DNA of 61,941 bases, filler included, from Nemertoderma westbladi (lineage: Eukaryota; Animalia; Xenacoelomorpha): assembly GCA_032718475.1 (NCBI GenBank). It is 3 parts of 3 records of this genome, joined end to end, with 100 filler letters (N's around TTAATTAATTAA, not from the genome) between each part and the next. Parts side by side here need not be neighbours in the genome. Positions count along the whole stretch, not along the records: positions 24,893 to 53,498 come from JAUCBJ010008103.1; 2 more parts are not named here. One strand, given 5' to 3'. A model generated the notes under the pieces. The model made no database searches and was not told the origin of the DNA. It was given only the letters and a program-made list of their open reading frames with translations. Below, piece by piece: positions 39,405 to 51,613 of this stretch (the stretch's first letter is position 1; each line of letters starts with the position of its first letter). The position numbers and the translations under genes are program-made.

Positions 39405-40024
39405 ACTTTACAAGCCTCATTTATTCACACAATAATAAAAAACCTTCAGAAATACAAACACAATTCAGAAATACAAACACAATTATAGGCACTATAACAA
39501 ACAATTATTAAAAACAGTAATTACAGAAACGCAGGAAGTTTAAAAACTTAAAGAACAACTTAAACTGCACCACCACCAAACAGCCTGTAACCTATCTAAA
39601 CATGCCTGCGCCTGGCTCTCTGGCTCTGAGTCGGCGTTCGCTAACACGATGGACGTCTCAGTGACATCTGCTGCCCGTACCGGTCTCTTGGCGGCAGACT
39701 GGAACCCCCGCAGACACATTAGGGATGACCTGAGGAGAGCGAAGCTAATTCGTCGCCGCACCCACGAGATGCACTCCGGGTATGGGGTCTGCCGCTTCTC
39801 TGCCAGTTTTAACGCGAGGCGCTTGATGAACTGGCGACACAGCGGCGCCATTCCTCCGAAAGTCGAGAAGATGAGAGGAGTGAAAGTGGCGTGTTCCACC
39901 TCCCGGATCCTCTCCTCGTACTTCCGGATCTTCCGCGCCTCGTGGTGGAGATGGGTGGTGTCCAGCGACATTGCCGCATTGGTTGCCGCCAGCGGGTTGA
40001 AAACCGACACATCAATAAACATCT
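39405..40024 (-). mobile_element. 5'-truncated CRE-clade (restriction-like endonuclease) non-LTR retrotransposon
   Basis: FIDVSVFNP...HEARKIRKYEERIREVEHATFTPLIFSTFGGM...ISWVRRRISFALLRSSLMCLRG is the metazoan CRE RLE C-terminus. The 3' UTR has AATAAA. Confidence 0.8.
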
Positions 40025-40365
40025 CAGTACCAGTACATGGTACTGGTACATGGTACTGCTAAATGGTACTGACAGACTGATACATGGTACTGTACTGGTA
40101 CATGGTACATGGAACTGGTACATGGTACTGGTAAAAGGTACTGGTACATGGTACTGGTACATGGTACTTGTACATGGTACTGGTACATGGTACTGGTACA
40201 TGGTACTGGTACATGGTACATGGTACTGGTACATGGTACTGGTACTGATACATGGAACTGGTACATGGTACGGTACATGGTACATTGTACTGGTACATGG
40301 TAAGACTGGTAAAAGGTACTGGTACATCGTGGTTGTACTGTACATGATACTGGTACAGGTACATA
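40025..40365. repeat. (CATGGTACTGGTA)n simple repeat, also present at 39365-39403
   Basis: Directly visible 6/7-bp alternating units. Confidence 0.9.
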
Positions 40366-40430
40366 CACAAGGCCTTACTCTCACCTAGAAGCATGACACT
40401 TGAACAGAACCGTCCCCGCTTGCAGGACAT

Positions 40431-41625
40431 TGTTCGCGCTTTTAGACCTTTAGCAGTTTAACCTGCCAAATTTAGGTGTCTTCCAGGTTATAAATCGACT
40501 TTAGCCTATAACAAGTATTTGATACACATAAAGTTACATTAGCCGAAGCCAGCCTATGCGCGATCATTCACCCACGGTTAAGGGAGACTGGACTTGGATG
40601 CTCTGACCTTATTGCGGTGTAGGCCTACTGTATTATTCGATTGATCGTTAATATATAATCTCTGACAAATATTATTCACTTTCGGGAAATATTAACAGTT
40701 CCTTTAGGACGTGGCGCTCTAAGTATGTAAACAGAGTTATGACTTACACTAAACACAACGGGATGGCTTATGATTTACGTATAAGTCGCATTCTTTAGGA
40801 AATGCTTTGTTATCTATCACACTCATGCACACTACCGCACACTGCTGCACGCTGATCTGCCGACCTTCACTAATTTTAATCATATATAAGGAGAACAGCA
40901 ACTGACACATGTAGGGTCTATGAAATAGCATTCAATTCACTCCAAAACCACTATAATGTAAGTCGCAATTGCTATATGTAACCGGTCTCTCTAACCTTCA
41001 GTATATCAAGAAGATTGGGGTTTTCTGATTATTTATCGATATTCTCCAAATATAACAATATTCCATCAAATGATAACACTTAATAACCGACAGTAAATAG
41101 CAGTAAAATAATGCGGTGTTTGTATGTGATCAGGTTTGTATGAGATATGACAGGCTGATTTGCCAGTTTGATAACAGTTATACGTTTCTATGATCAAAGC
41201 CGTTCTAATGTTTGGCTAAAGTCTGAAACACATAATAATTGCACAGCCGATCTTCTGGGCTCAGGAAAAAAGGTAAACAAAGACCATAATGCATTGCGCG
41301 ATTTCCCAGAGGCCTCTGTGCAAGTAAAATGAAAATCGTTCTGATTGGTCGAGTGAGTGAGCCTGAACAAAGAAAGCCAAAAGCTACACGTTGACATATC
41401 AGCTGATAGATGTCGTAATCTGAACTACACTGTATTAAGAGTATTTTATTGCATTGCGGCATAAAATTGCTAGTTATGTCCGCTAAAGTACACATACAGA
41501 AGAAATGGCTTTTTATGTCCACTAAAACACCTGTACAGTAAGGAAACAGCTTTTTATGTCCGCTAAAACACCTACAGAGTACTTTGCGGGAAAAATAACC
41601 AGCTAAATCCGCAAAAGCCTTTACA
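40431..41625 (-). repeat. 3' LTR of copy B (divergent variant)
   Basis: TGTAAAGG...GCGAACA on the minus strand, preceded by the same PPT as copy A. Confidence 0.88.
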
Positions 41626-41703
41626 CCGCTCCCAGAAAATGGGATTTAATTCTATAAAATATAAAAAATCACAGTTTCTAAAATATAAAAATACTCTAAA
41701 CAG

Positions 41704-43310
41704 TTAGTGTTTCTTGCACGGACAGCGTTTACGCAGTTTTTTGAGGCTAGCAAGAGTCCTTTTTTCTTTGGGGGGAGCCACTTTACTAGGATGGCTATAA
41801 CTCCTGGGTGAAGGGTGCAATACAAATGCATCGGAAGGTTTAGGGTTATGGTCGGTGTATCCGCCGGTCAAGGTACCCGGTTGATCAGTATCAACCTCAG
41901 TGGAACGAGGTCGAACAACCTTGAGAGCACGTTTTAAGACAGCAGCTCTTACTGGTCCCTGACGGGTCGTTTGCACGAGAGCGGTAGCTGGACCATGTGT
42001 AGTGAGAAATTTCCTCGGTTTGATGATTCTTTCCAACTCGCGTTCTCGGGCTCTATCGGAATCGATATGCTTCTCCTCGAGCTGATTTTCCTCCGCTTGT
42101 CGTTGAAAACATTTGTCCAAACTCTTGCAGAAAGTAGAGTCGTCCAAGTTCGATATCTTCTTATAGATTTTGGATTTCCTGATCAAACTGAGATAAAGCT
42201 AATTCGTTTACCGCTTGGACTTGCTGCTGCAATTTACGTTTCTCTAAACATTGTAGGTTCCTTTTTACCGCTTGGACTTGCTGCTGCAATTTACGTTTCT
42301 CTAAACATTGTAGGTTCCTTTTCCGATCTTTTGACGAATAGTGTCCAACGCGTTTCGTACAACTCTCTCCTCCACCTCGGGGACAGGTTGTATCGGGTTA
42401 AACCGGGACGATGATACGGTTGAATGGCGATATTAGATGTCCACGTCCTAATCCGACTAGGTAAGATGGGCGAATATTTAGGGAGCCCACAACCGGAGTG
42501 CCACCGACTAATTGTTCGGGTAACACTAGATCTTTGAACAGTGAGTACAGTTCGGGAGGATCCGTGATACTATTAGGATCAAGATTCTGAGGTCTCACTA
42601 GGGAGTGAGGAGGTCTGACCGAGTATTCCGGAACTCTGATCATAGGTTTATTTAAGAATCGTTTGAGTCGAGCGAGCGTAGGTGATACATCGAACAAGTT
42701 TCGCTCGAAACTCCCGTAAATATAACGAGTAAAACTGTGTTTAGAACAACGTCTCCGCGGATGTTTATGTCTTTCCGTTTGTTGGTTGGGTCTTGGGCAT
42801 TCATCGCAATAATACCAAAGACGCACGTCTTGTAGGGGAAACGCGGGTGATATTTATTCGGTTTTACAATGTTTCTCTCAAGACTTCCAAATATACATTG
42901 GAGTTACCGCATTTATCCTGTTCTTTGACGTCTTCTCTTTCGAGTCGATTTCGAATAGAAATTTCGCATTCAATTTTTAGTTTATCGTTCCGACTCCGCT
43001 GGGTAGGATATTTAAATAGTACCATTTCCCTTTCGGTGTCAACATAGTCCGTATCGTGTAAATCGATAGGATGGCCAGTAGTTAAGAAGTCCATATACGT
43101 ACCATTACGATGCGTATAGCGAGCGGTGAATTTTCTATAGTCCAATTCACGCGTAAGTTGCTCCTGGGACATCGGCAGTTCGATATAATGACCATCGTCC
43201 TCCGTAGTAGTTGAACTAGCGTCGCCGCGTATCAAGCTATCAACAAACGCTTGTAAAGGTAGAGTATATCGCTCCCTGATACCAAGATCATCTTCTATCA
43301 ACTCAGTCAT
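41704..43310 (-). pseudogene. Degenerate accessory ORF of copy B with a different central module
   Basis: The N-terminus (MTELIEDDLGIRERY…) and C-terminus (RERELER…KKLRKR) match the 618-aa ORF. The middle is unrelated and carries stops and a 57-bp duplication. Confidence 0.85.
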
Positions 43311-45016
43311 AGCTGCTATATGAGTTTATCAATATTATAATGAGTTTATAATTAGGCTAGAGGGCGTCGCTGCCTACCCCTCACGGCCCCCAGACAGCGC
43401 AAGATCCTCAGCGCTGATGCACTGCCGCCGCTGTGCTTATCGCCAACATAGTAGCTGCACAACGACAACAACAACCAGCGCGAGTCACCCCACTGTCCGT
43501 CCCAAGGGCTAAGATTTACTTCAGGTTCTTACTGCAGAGTTAGGGCTACTTTCACAATTGCGACTCGCTACTGTAAACACACTTTAGTAGTAACATTCAC
43601 CTATAAACGCACAAATTCCACATAACTGTCACAAACCGCACACATTCGGGCCATTTGTCCGTTAGTCAAGTGCCTTCCAGAATGCCACGTTATTATTGGG
43701 TATCCTTGGATACTAGCAGTGTGCTATTTATTCCTTATGCTATTCAATGGGGCAAGCTTTATTGTTCTTTTAACTCACTTCTAATTCTAGCGTGGTTGTT
43801 GCCATGGTGACATTATGGAAAGCTAGCAGTAGAATTAGGGTAATTCTCATGCATACAGATCTGGGATGCTATTTAATAGTAATTCTTTAATTGTCAATAT
43901 TCCTCTTTATACATGATTTTATGAATTTTATCGGCTATTGACTATATATTGGAGATTCTCGCACACTAATATACTTAATAGGGTGAATCTCCGCTCCCAT
44001 GATCTATTAATTAATGGAATTTTGGGAATGTTATAAATTGTATAAAAATGACAATTTATCAAATTCATTAAAAGATATGAATTTAAATTTATTCCCATAA
44101 ATTTTATTATTTAATATTAAATAGACACAATTTTATTCCAGAGCATGTCTGGGGACTAGGATCCTGAATTCTAGGAAATTTGTCCTTTTAAGAGTATCGG
44201 TAAGTGCTACGATATCTTAATCGACTAGAATTTTAAAGGATCTAAATTTTAACAGATTTTGATTTATAGATTTTCTAGAGTTAACTTGTAAGTATTTACT
44301 CTATTGTATTTGTTTGACAGATTTTATAAATATTAATAGTTAATATTTAAGATGAGCACCGGTTTATTCCAGAACATGTCTGGGGACGTTAACCACTGAT
44401 TCCAGAATTTTGTCTTTTAAGTATATCGGTGGGTGCCGCGATATCTTAATCGACTAGAATTACAGATGGTCAAAGGGTTTAACAGATTTATTTTGCGTTT
44501 TACGCTACTGTTAAAGGGACATCACGCTACTATATGTATTATTTAATATACGGTATGAGAGCAATATTGCAAGAAGCAATGTCAGTGAGAAGAGGCAAGT
44601 CGTTTCCAAGGTCTACCCAGAGCTTGGTTTAGCCGAGACACGAGGATCTGAATATTGCATTCCTAATACTCTACTTACCAATAATACTTGAATATAGTAG
44701 GAGCTTTATTGTACTTTAATAAGTACGGACATTTCATCTTACTGTAGTCACGTATTTATAATGCAATACGGACAGTAAGGAAAGAGAAAAATAATTATTT
44801 CTCGCCGTCGCACTAAATATATAATATATAAGTAATTAAGTAATAAACGAGAATATATATATTGCACTAATCTACTAAATAATCGCTAAAATAACATTCT
44901 ACTAAATAAAATTAAAGAAAACGATTATAATAAAATTACATAATAATACATACATAAGTATAAAATAATAAAAGCAAATATAAAATAATATAGTCACACA
45001 CCCACTCCAGACACTG

Positions 45017-48000
45017 TTACGTTGGGGAGTCCCTAGATGTTTGTTGGATTAGGGAGGTGGTCGTGGGAAGAGTATCTTGCCTTCCATAGTTTCCGAAGAG
45101 TTCTCTGTCTCTTTCCAGTAAACATATACGACCAACTGGGCGATTGAGCTGCTGCGTCTCGAAGACAATTCCTGGTTTCTTAAAGTTACGCCGCATGACG
45201 ACGAGTTCTACCGATCGCACCAAACCATCATCCGAGATATGAGTCTCGATGATACGACCTGTCTGCTACCGCTTACGTGGAAGATCTGAATCCACAATAA
45301 GGACCATGTCTCCGGGGCTGACGTTTTCTTGCTGCGCAAACCACTTAGTTCGAAGTTGTAGCGTAGGCAGATAATGTTTTTCGAAATGGTCAGCGAAATG
45401 ACGGGATAACAACTGCATAAGTTGCCAAGTTTGCCGGCAGTATTCGTCTCCGTCCGTGATTTCCGATCGTGGGAGCATGGCTACAGGTTTCTTCAGTAGG
45501 AAGTGCGCAGGTGTTAGCGCTTCCAGGGAATCGGGACTCGATGAGACTGGCATAAGCGGTCTCTCGTTGAGATAGGCGGCGATTTCCTCCATTAACGTCC
45601 GCAAAAGTTCGTCGGTGAGATACGCGCGGCACGGCACTATAAAGTGAAATGCGGTCTTCACGCTCCTGATTAATCTCTCCCAACTTCCTCCCCACCAAGG
45701 GGCGTCGGCGGCATTGAAGGTCCAGCTAGACGCTGTTATCCTTAGCTGATCGTCCACCTGTCTTTGGTTCCAATCTTTGACGTAAGCCTTGATTTCATTG
45801 TTGGCACCAATGAAGTTCGTTCCCTTATCAGATCTCATCGTGTTACTAGTTCCAAAGCGAGCGATCTGTCGGCGTAAGCTCAATATGAAGCTATTGGTAG
45901 ATAAATCGTTCACCATATCGAGATGGATAGCTCTACAAGTCATACAGACAAAGATGACACACCATCTCTTGACTATAGTCCTAGCACGATATACTTCAAT
46001 AGGGCCAAATAAATCCACACCGGTATTAGTAAAGGGTGGTTCATAGAAGCTTACTCGTTCCCTAGGTAATTCTGCCTCTCGCTGTGTTAAAGGCCTACTG
46101 AATGCTTTCCTACAGGGTATGCAGTTCCTAAGAACTTGGTTCAGAGCTCTACGGGGTTTATAAAAATAATAGCGAGTTCGAATTTCGCTAAGAACTCGTT
46201 CTCTACCAGCATGATAAAGCTTACTGTGAACATCTACAATCATCTTGATTTGTATTTCAAGATTTCTAATGAGTATGGGAAACTTAGTGTCAAAGGATAA
46301 TGGAGCATTAGTTAGTCTTCCTCCAACACGTATTAACCCATCTATCATTGTGCTAGAGAAACGATCCCTTAAGCGCATCTGTGGATTTCTCAACAACAGG
46401 AAATACTTATCGGAATCCTCATAGCATTGCAGGAGTCTCAGTATCTGCTTATTGGTTTCTTCATGCTCCTGGTAACTGATCTTCTCCTTCAGAAACCTGT
46501 CGGATATCTTGTATTTGGGAAGATCTTTAACAACATGGACCTGCGCAGATGTCAGTGGAGCGGTATCACTAGTGGTCTTCGTCCTGGAGTAGTGATGATG
46601 AAAACATCGCTTTAAATAAGCAACTGCCTTACAGAGCCGATTCCAGGAACTATAGTGATGTATCTCTCTCTGCAGGAGAGGTGAGAGTCCTTGCGAGACG
46701 TCTGGTGTTCCAGATTTCCAATCTCTCTCTCTGATTTCCACAACAGACTTATTTGTGGCTGGGGGTTTTGGATCCAAAGCGTCGTCTCCGGAAGTGTGTA
46801 GTACAGACAGATCTATCACGGGTTTAAATAATTTCGATTTACTCGCCCGGGTTTTAGGTTTGACTTTCTCCACTCCCTTGGCTTGTCTAATCTCCGCCGT
46901 AGTAAGATGAGGAGGCCATTCATCCTCTTCTTTGCTTAGGAAGTCGGGTCCACCTAACCAGTCTGGAGTATCTATCAGTTCTTGCGGAGTTGCTCCCCTG
47001 GAGGCGATGTCGGCTGGATTAATCGTCCCGGGGCAATGTCTCCATTGATCTATCTTCGTGCGACTAAGTATAATGGCTACTTTGTTGGTAACGAAGACAC
47101 TGAACTGACAGACTTCATTGGTTATATACTCCAACACGAGAAAAGCATCGGTCCAATAGACAGTTTTCTCCAGTGGATAGTCGATCTGTTCTGTTACATT
47201 CCGGCCGATGGCTGTAGCGTATAGAGCCGCTTTTAACTCCGCTCGAGGAACTTTCAACTTGTTGTTTATCAAGGCCTTAGAGGTAACCAAGGCGACCTTA
47301 ATTCCATCCGGAGTTTCATCTCTCAGGTAGGCTACTATACCTATTCCCATATCGCTGGCGTCTCCAAACACATGGAGTTGATAGGAATACGTAGGGAGAA
47401 CATGACCAAAATATGAACGGGAAATTATAAAGTTCTCGATGGATGGTAACGAATCTTCCCATTTCATCCACTTCTTTAATAGTTCTCCCTTAAGTGGATC
47501 GTCCCATGAGTGGTTTTCAAGCCACATTTGTTGTACTAAACTCCGAGCAATCGAAATCCACCTCTTTTCAAGCACTCTACAGTTCCTTTGGAGACATCAA
47601 TGGCTTCTTCCACCGATGGGAGGGACTTTAAATTGTCGTCCATGTATATATCCCGTTTGATGTTGTCGGTAACCTCTTTGGAGAAGGCGTCCCGGTTGTC
47701 ATCAGCAGTGGTACGCACTACTGAGCAGGCGTTTGAAGGGCTCGAGATGATCCCAAAAGCCTGAATGGTCATCCAGTACTCCACCGGTTTCTGGTTGAGG
47801 TCTCCCTCCGGCCACCACAGAAATCGTAGGCTGTCTCGATCTCTATCCAGTGCCTTAACTTGTAAGAACATGCCTTCTATATCGGAGGCAAAAGCGATTG
47901 AATATTGTCGTAATCTTAAGAGTATTCCCAACAAGGATTGGAGTAAGTTGGGTCCTGGCAACAACTCGGAATTAAGGTATTGGCCCATGTAGAGGGCGGA

Positions 48001-51000
48001 GCCGTCAAATACTACCCGGACTTCATTGGGTTTACCAGGTTTGGGAACGTAATGATGTGTGAGATAGTATGTTCTCTCAGTTATGGGTGTTTCTTCCGGT
48101 ACTCGCTCCGCATATCCCTTGTCAATAAATTTCTTCAACTGAGTCTTGTACATTTCCTTAGCTGAAGCATTTGCCGTAAGGCGTCGATGTAGTTGCGCAA
48201 TTCTTTTCTCCGCCAAGGGTCGGTTGTTTATAAATTTAGGTTCTCGCTTTCGAAATGGCAGACCAATTTCATATCTACCTTGATCTTTAAGAAAACGTGT
48301 AGTCGTTTCCTGGATCTGCTTGGCTCTTTCTTCTTCTACCGATAGGGCCTTATCGTAGGAATTGGGCTCTACAGCCTCTTGAGTAAAGAATCGTACGGCG
48401 TGTTCATCGCGAGTCTTCGCGTTGTAGCGATCTATCACTTCATTCAGTTCGTCGTTGTATTCGACTTGTTCAGCTGGATGAATGAGGTGACATAGGTTCA
48501 CTTGGTTTTGCCAAGTTTCGTTTTCCGTAAGGAGGTCGATGGTCTTCTCCTCGTCGAAGAGTTGGTGGATGTCGTCATTATCTGAGGAGTATGGTGTTCC
48601 ATCAGTTGTGTCGTCTACCTCACTGAACTCTTATTCCCATTCACTTACCTGGTAGACCCTTTCTTTGGGTAACCTTTCCATGAGAGTTCTACGGGAAGGG
48701 CCAGTAAAGTACCAACCTACTCTAGTTCTTCCCGCATAGGTTTGTAGTGGTTGCGGTTGAGCAGGCCGTTTCTCCAATGTCTCAAGCGCCTCATGCGCAT
48801 TTTGGCCGATGAGTATTTGCACTCCAGGGTAGTCTGTGTTGAATCTAGGTATCTTATGCTGCTGGGTGAAATTGTCCTCATCCCAGTTATAAGGTTCCAC
48901 TTGGCTGGTAGCGAAGTTCTTTATTGCCACCATTTTTACTGACCTTATGCTGTGTTCTCCTAGTTCATCCTGGGGGGTGGACATCGCACCTACATAATAA
49001 TCTGCAATTACTGTAGATTTCCAAACCTGCATAATTCCTGACATGTTTAACTTAGTTCGGAACTTGGGTTGTCCAGCAAAGATGTCTTCGGCTAGTTCTT
49101 TGTCGATGAATGTTCCTGTGCTGCCGGAGTCAAGGAGGGCGTTCACTATATAGCTTTTTTCTGGCCCGTGGACTCTCAACTGCACCACGGGAAATTCTCG
49201 GATTCCTACATTGGAAGTTGGTGCTTTCCAAGATGGTTGTCGGTCAGAAGTAGTTAGGGGGAGCTCGCTGTCGGTGTCCTTTTCATACGTAAGTGCTCGA
49301 TATACTGCGGTATTTATCATGTAACAGGATTCGTCTTCGTCGGAAAATTCGTCCGTATAGAATCCTTCCATCTCAGAACTTTGGTCAGTGTCGTTCACAT
49401 CACTGAATTGGACATGTAGTTCGGAATCACTTACCTGACTCAGGCTGTTTCGTTCGAATTCAGTGTGCAACAAGCTATGATGTTTCGCGCCACACTTTGC
49501 ACACCTTGCGTCGGAGTAACAGGTTCGCCATTGGTGTCCTTGTCTGAGGCAATTATAACACAACCGCTTATCCCACATGACTTCATGTCTATCTTTTAGT
49601 GATTTCTTTAAAAATTTATCACACACACTTAAACGGTGGGGCCCGTCGCATAGCGCACATTTTGGTTTGATGTTACTCACCTTACCTTGGGTAACGTTGT
49701 GCACTCTCGTTCTTTCCTCGGGCTTTCTTCCGTGAACCTTATTAGGAGACGTAGGAGGAGTTTTTGTTACCTGTTCTCTCCTGTCATTGGTTCGAGACTT
49801 AAATTTACTTACGTCTTTAGGCGCTTTGTTGACATAGTAAGATCTTTCAGTGTCTTTCCCTCTGTCCTCTTCGCTTTCGCCGGCTTTCGCCGTCGTCTGT
49901 ATAACACACTGGTGTTACCTTTCTCCTAGAAATGGGTTTCTCACTTACCTTATTTTCTGGTGTCTTCTCTCCGGACTGCTTTAGGAGCTGTAATTTTACC
50001 TCTCCATCTAAGAATGACATGAGATCAGCCATGGTAGGGTCTCTTCGTTGTTGTTCCATCATATATAACACTTTCTTATCCCAGCGTGTACCTACTCCAC
50101 CCTTTGGTAAAGTAGAGGCCATGGCTCCAATAACCATAGAACTCTGATATTCATGAGACTTACCTAGCCAATCTAATTGTCTACAGATCTCCTGAATCTC
50201 ATCGGAAAACTCTATAATCCCACTGCTAATGAACTTTCGGGGCGCTACCAATTTTGCATACAAATACCTAGCTATGTTATTCCTATTACCATACCTGAAG
50301 TTTAGTGTATCCTAAACTTGTCTTAATCCATCTGGATGTCAAATAAACTTTAACGCCATTAACTTGGGAGATCCTTCCAAGCACTCGATGAGGAATCTAA
50401 GTTTCTCTCCGTTAGATAGTACAGAGTTCTGTATGTTATCTTTATAATATTCATTAAAAGGTAACCATTTCATCTCATCTCCATTGAACTTGACGATCTC
50501 TCCCACCTTTACCGCCTGACGGGCTTCGGTTCTAGCCATTTGACGCGTAAAACTTTCTTGGGCCATCGTGTTATTTAATATCGAGTTATCGGTATATAAA
50601 TTTCTCGGATTATGATCAGGTCTATATGGAATATCATTGTCAACAGGTTTATAATTACCCTTAATAGGGTTTACTATAGGAGTTTCTACTTCACTAGTAG
50701 TATAGATGCGTGTAGGCTCCACACCTTGCGCATGAAATACTTCAGACCTAACAGGTTAACACATTGTTACAGGGGGTGGTGGTATACCCCTTTGTGTATT
50801 TACTAATTTATCGCGTTCTAGCGCGATACTCTGCTGCACTTCTTGCAACTCTAACCTACTTTCCCTTACTGTTCCCTTAAACTGTTGAACAGTCTCCTGC
50901 ATCTGCCCGAGCAGGAGATTCATCCCCCGCCGCCCCTCATCCACCCACTCGACCGCCAAAGTGGGAGCCGCCAACATAGTAGCGGGTAGACGAGGGACAA

Positions 51001-51613
51001 CGGGCGACAAATCATTGATATTTCGCTCGGAGTCCAGGACAGGAACTGTCTCAGGGGCGGTTCTGTTGGGCACAGGTAGTTTAGTGCTGTGCAAAGGGAA
51101 TTTAGAGGTAGGTTCTGGGAGTACAGGTGTCTCTATCACCGAAGGGGTGGCTTCGAGAACAGGCCTAATTATTTCAGGTTCATCTACTATAGTAGGGAGT
51201 CTTTCTACTCTAATAATTTGGTCTGTAGGTTCTGTACTACCTAAGTCTGTGCTAGCTAGTTGCCTTCTCACAGCTGGGGGCAAATCAGGCAATTTCTGAC
51301 GGTGGAGCATTCTTCTACGCCTGCTGAGACGAGATCTATTTCCTCCGCCTTCAGGATCTGTTGTATCGCCTTCATCCGATGATGTAAAGCCCTGTCGCTT
51401 GGGGGTGGATCGACTTATCAGCTGCATTTGACTAGCTGTTATCTATTTATTGAAGTTGTCTTGCTTCTCTTGAAGATTTTCCAACTCTTGTTGGGCTGCC
51501 TCTTCAGATGCCCTCCGTTCTGCTTCTGCCACTGCTGCTGCCGCTTTTGCCTCTGCCACTGCCGCTTTTCTTTCCGCTTCTACTGCTGCAGCTGCCGCTT
51601 GCCTTTTCACTTC
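45017..51613 (-). pseudogene. BEL/Pao gag-pol polyprotein, disrupted
   Basis: DUF1759-like KFNGDEMKW, BEL triple knuckle CALC..H..C/CYNC..H..C/CAKC..HH..LH, protease LLDSGS, RT VRVVFDGSA/YMDD, RNase H LHVFGDAS, integrase H..H..C..C/GVDLFGP. Several stops and frameshifts. Confidence 0.95.

Larger units (their letters stand above)
40431..51613 (-). mobile_element. BEL/Pao LTR retrotransposon copy B (degenerate gag-pol, spacer, degenerate accessory ORF, 3' LTR)
   Basis: Domain order gag-PR-RT-RNaseH-IN, PPT, and LTR at 40431-41625. Confidence 0.95.
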
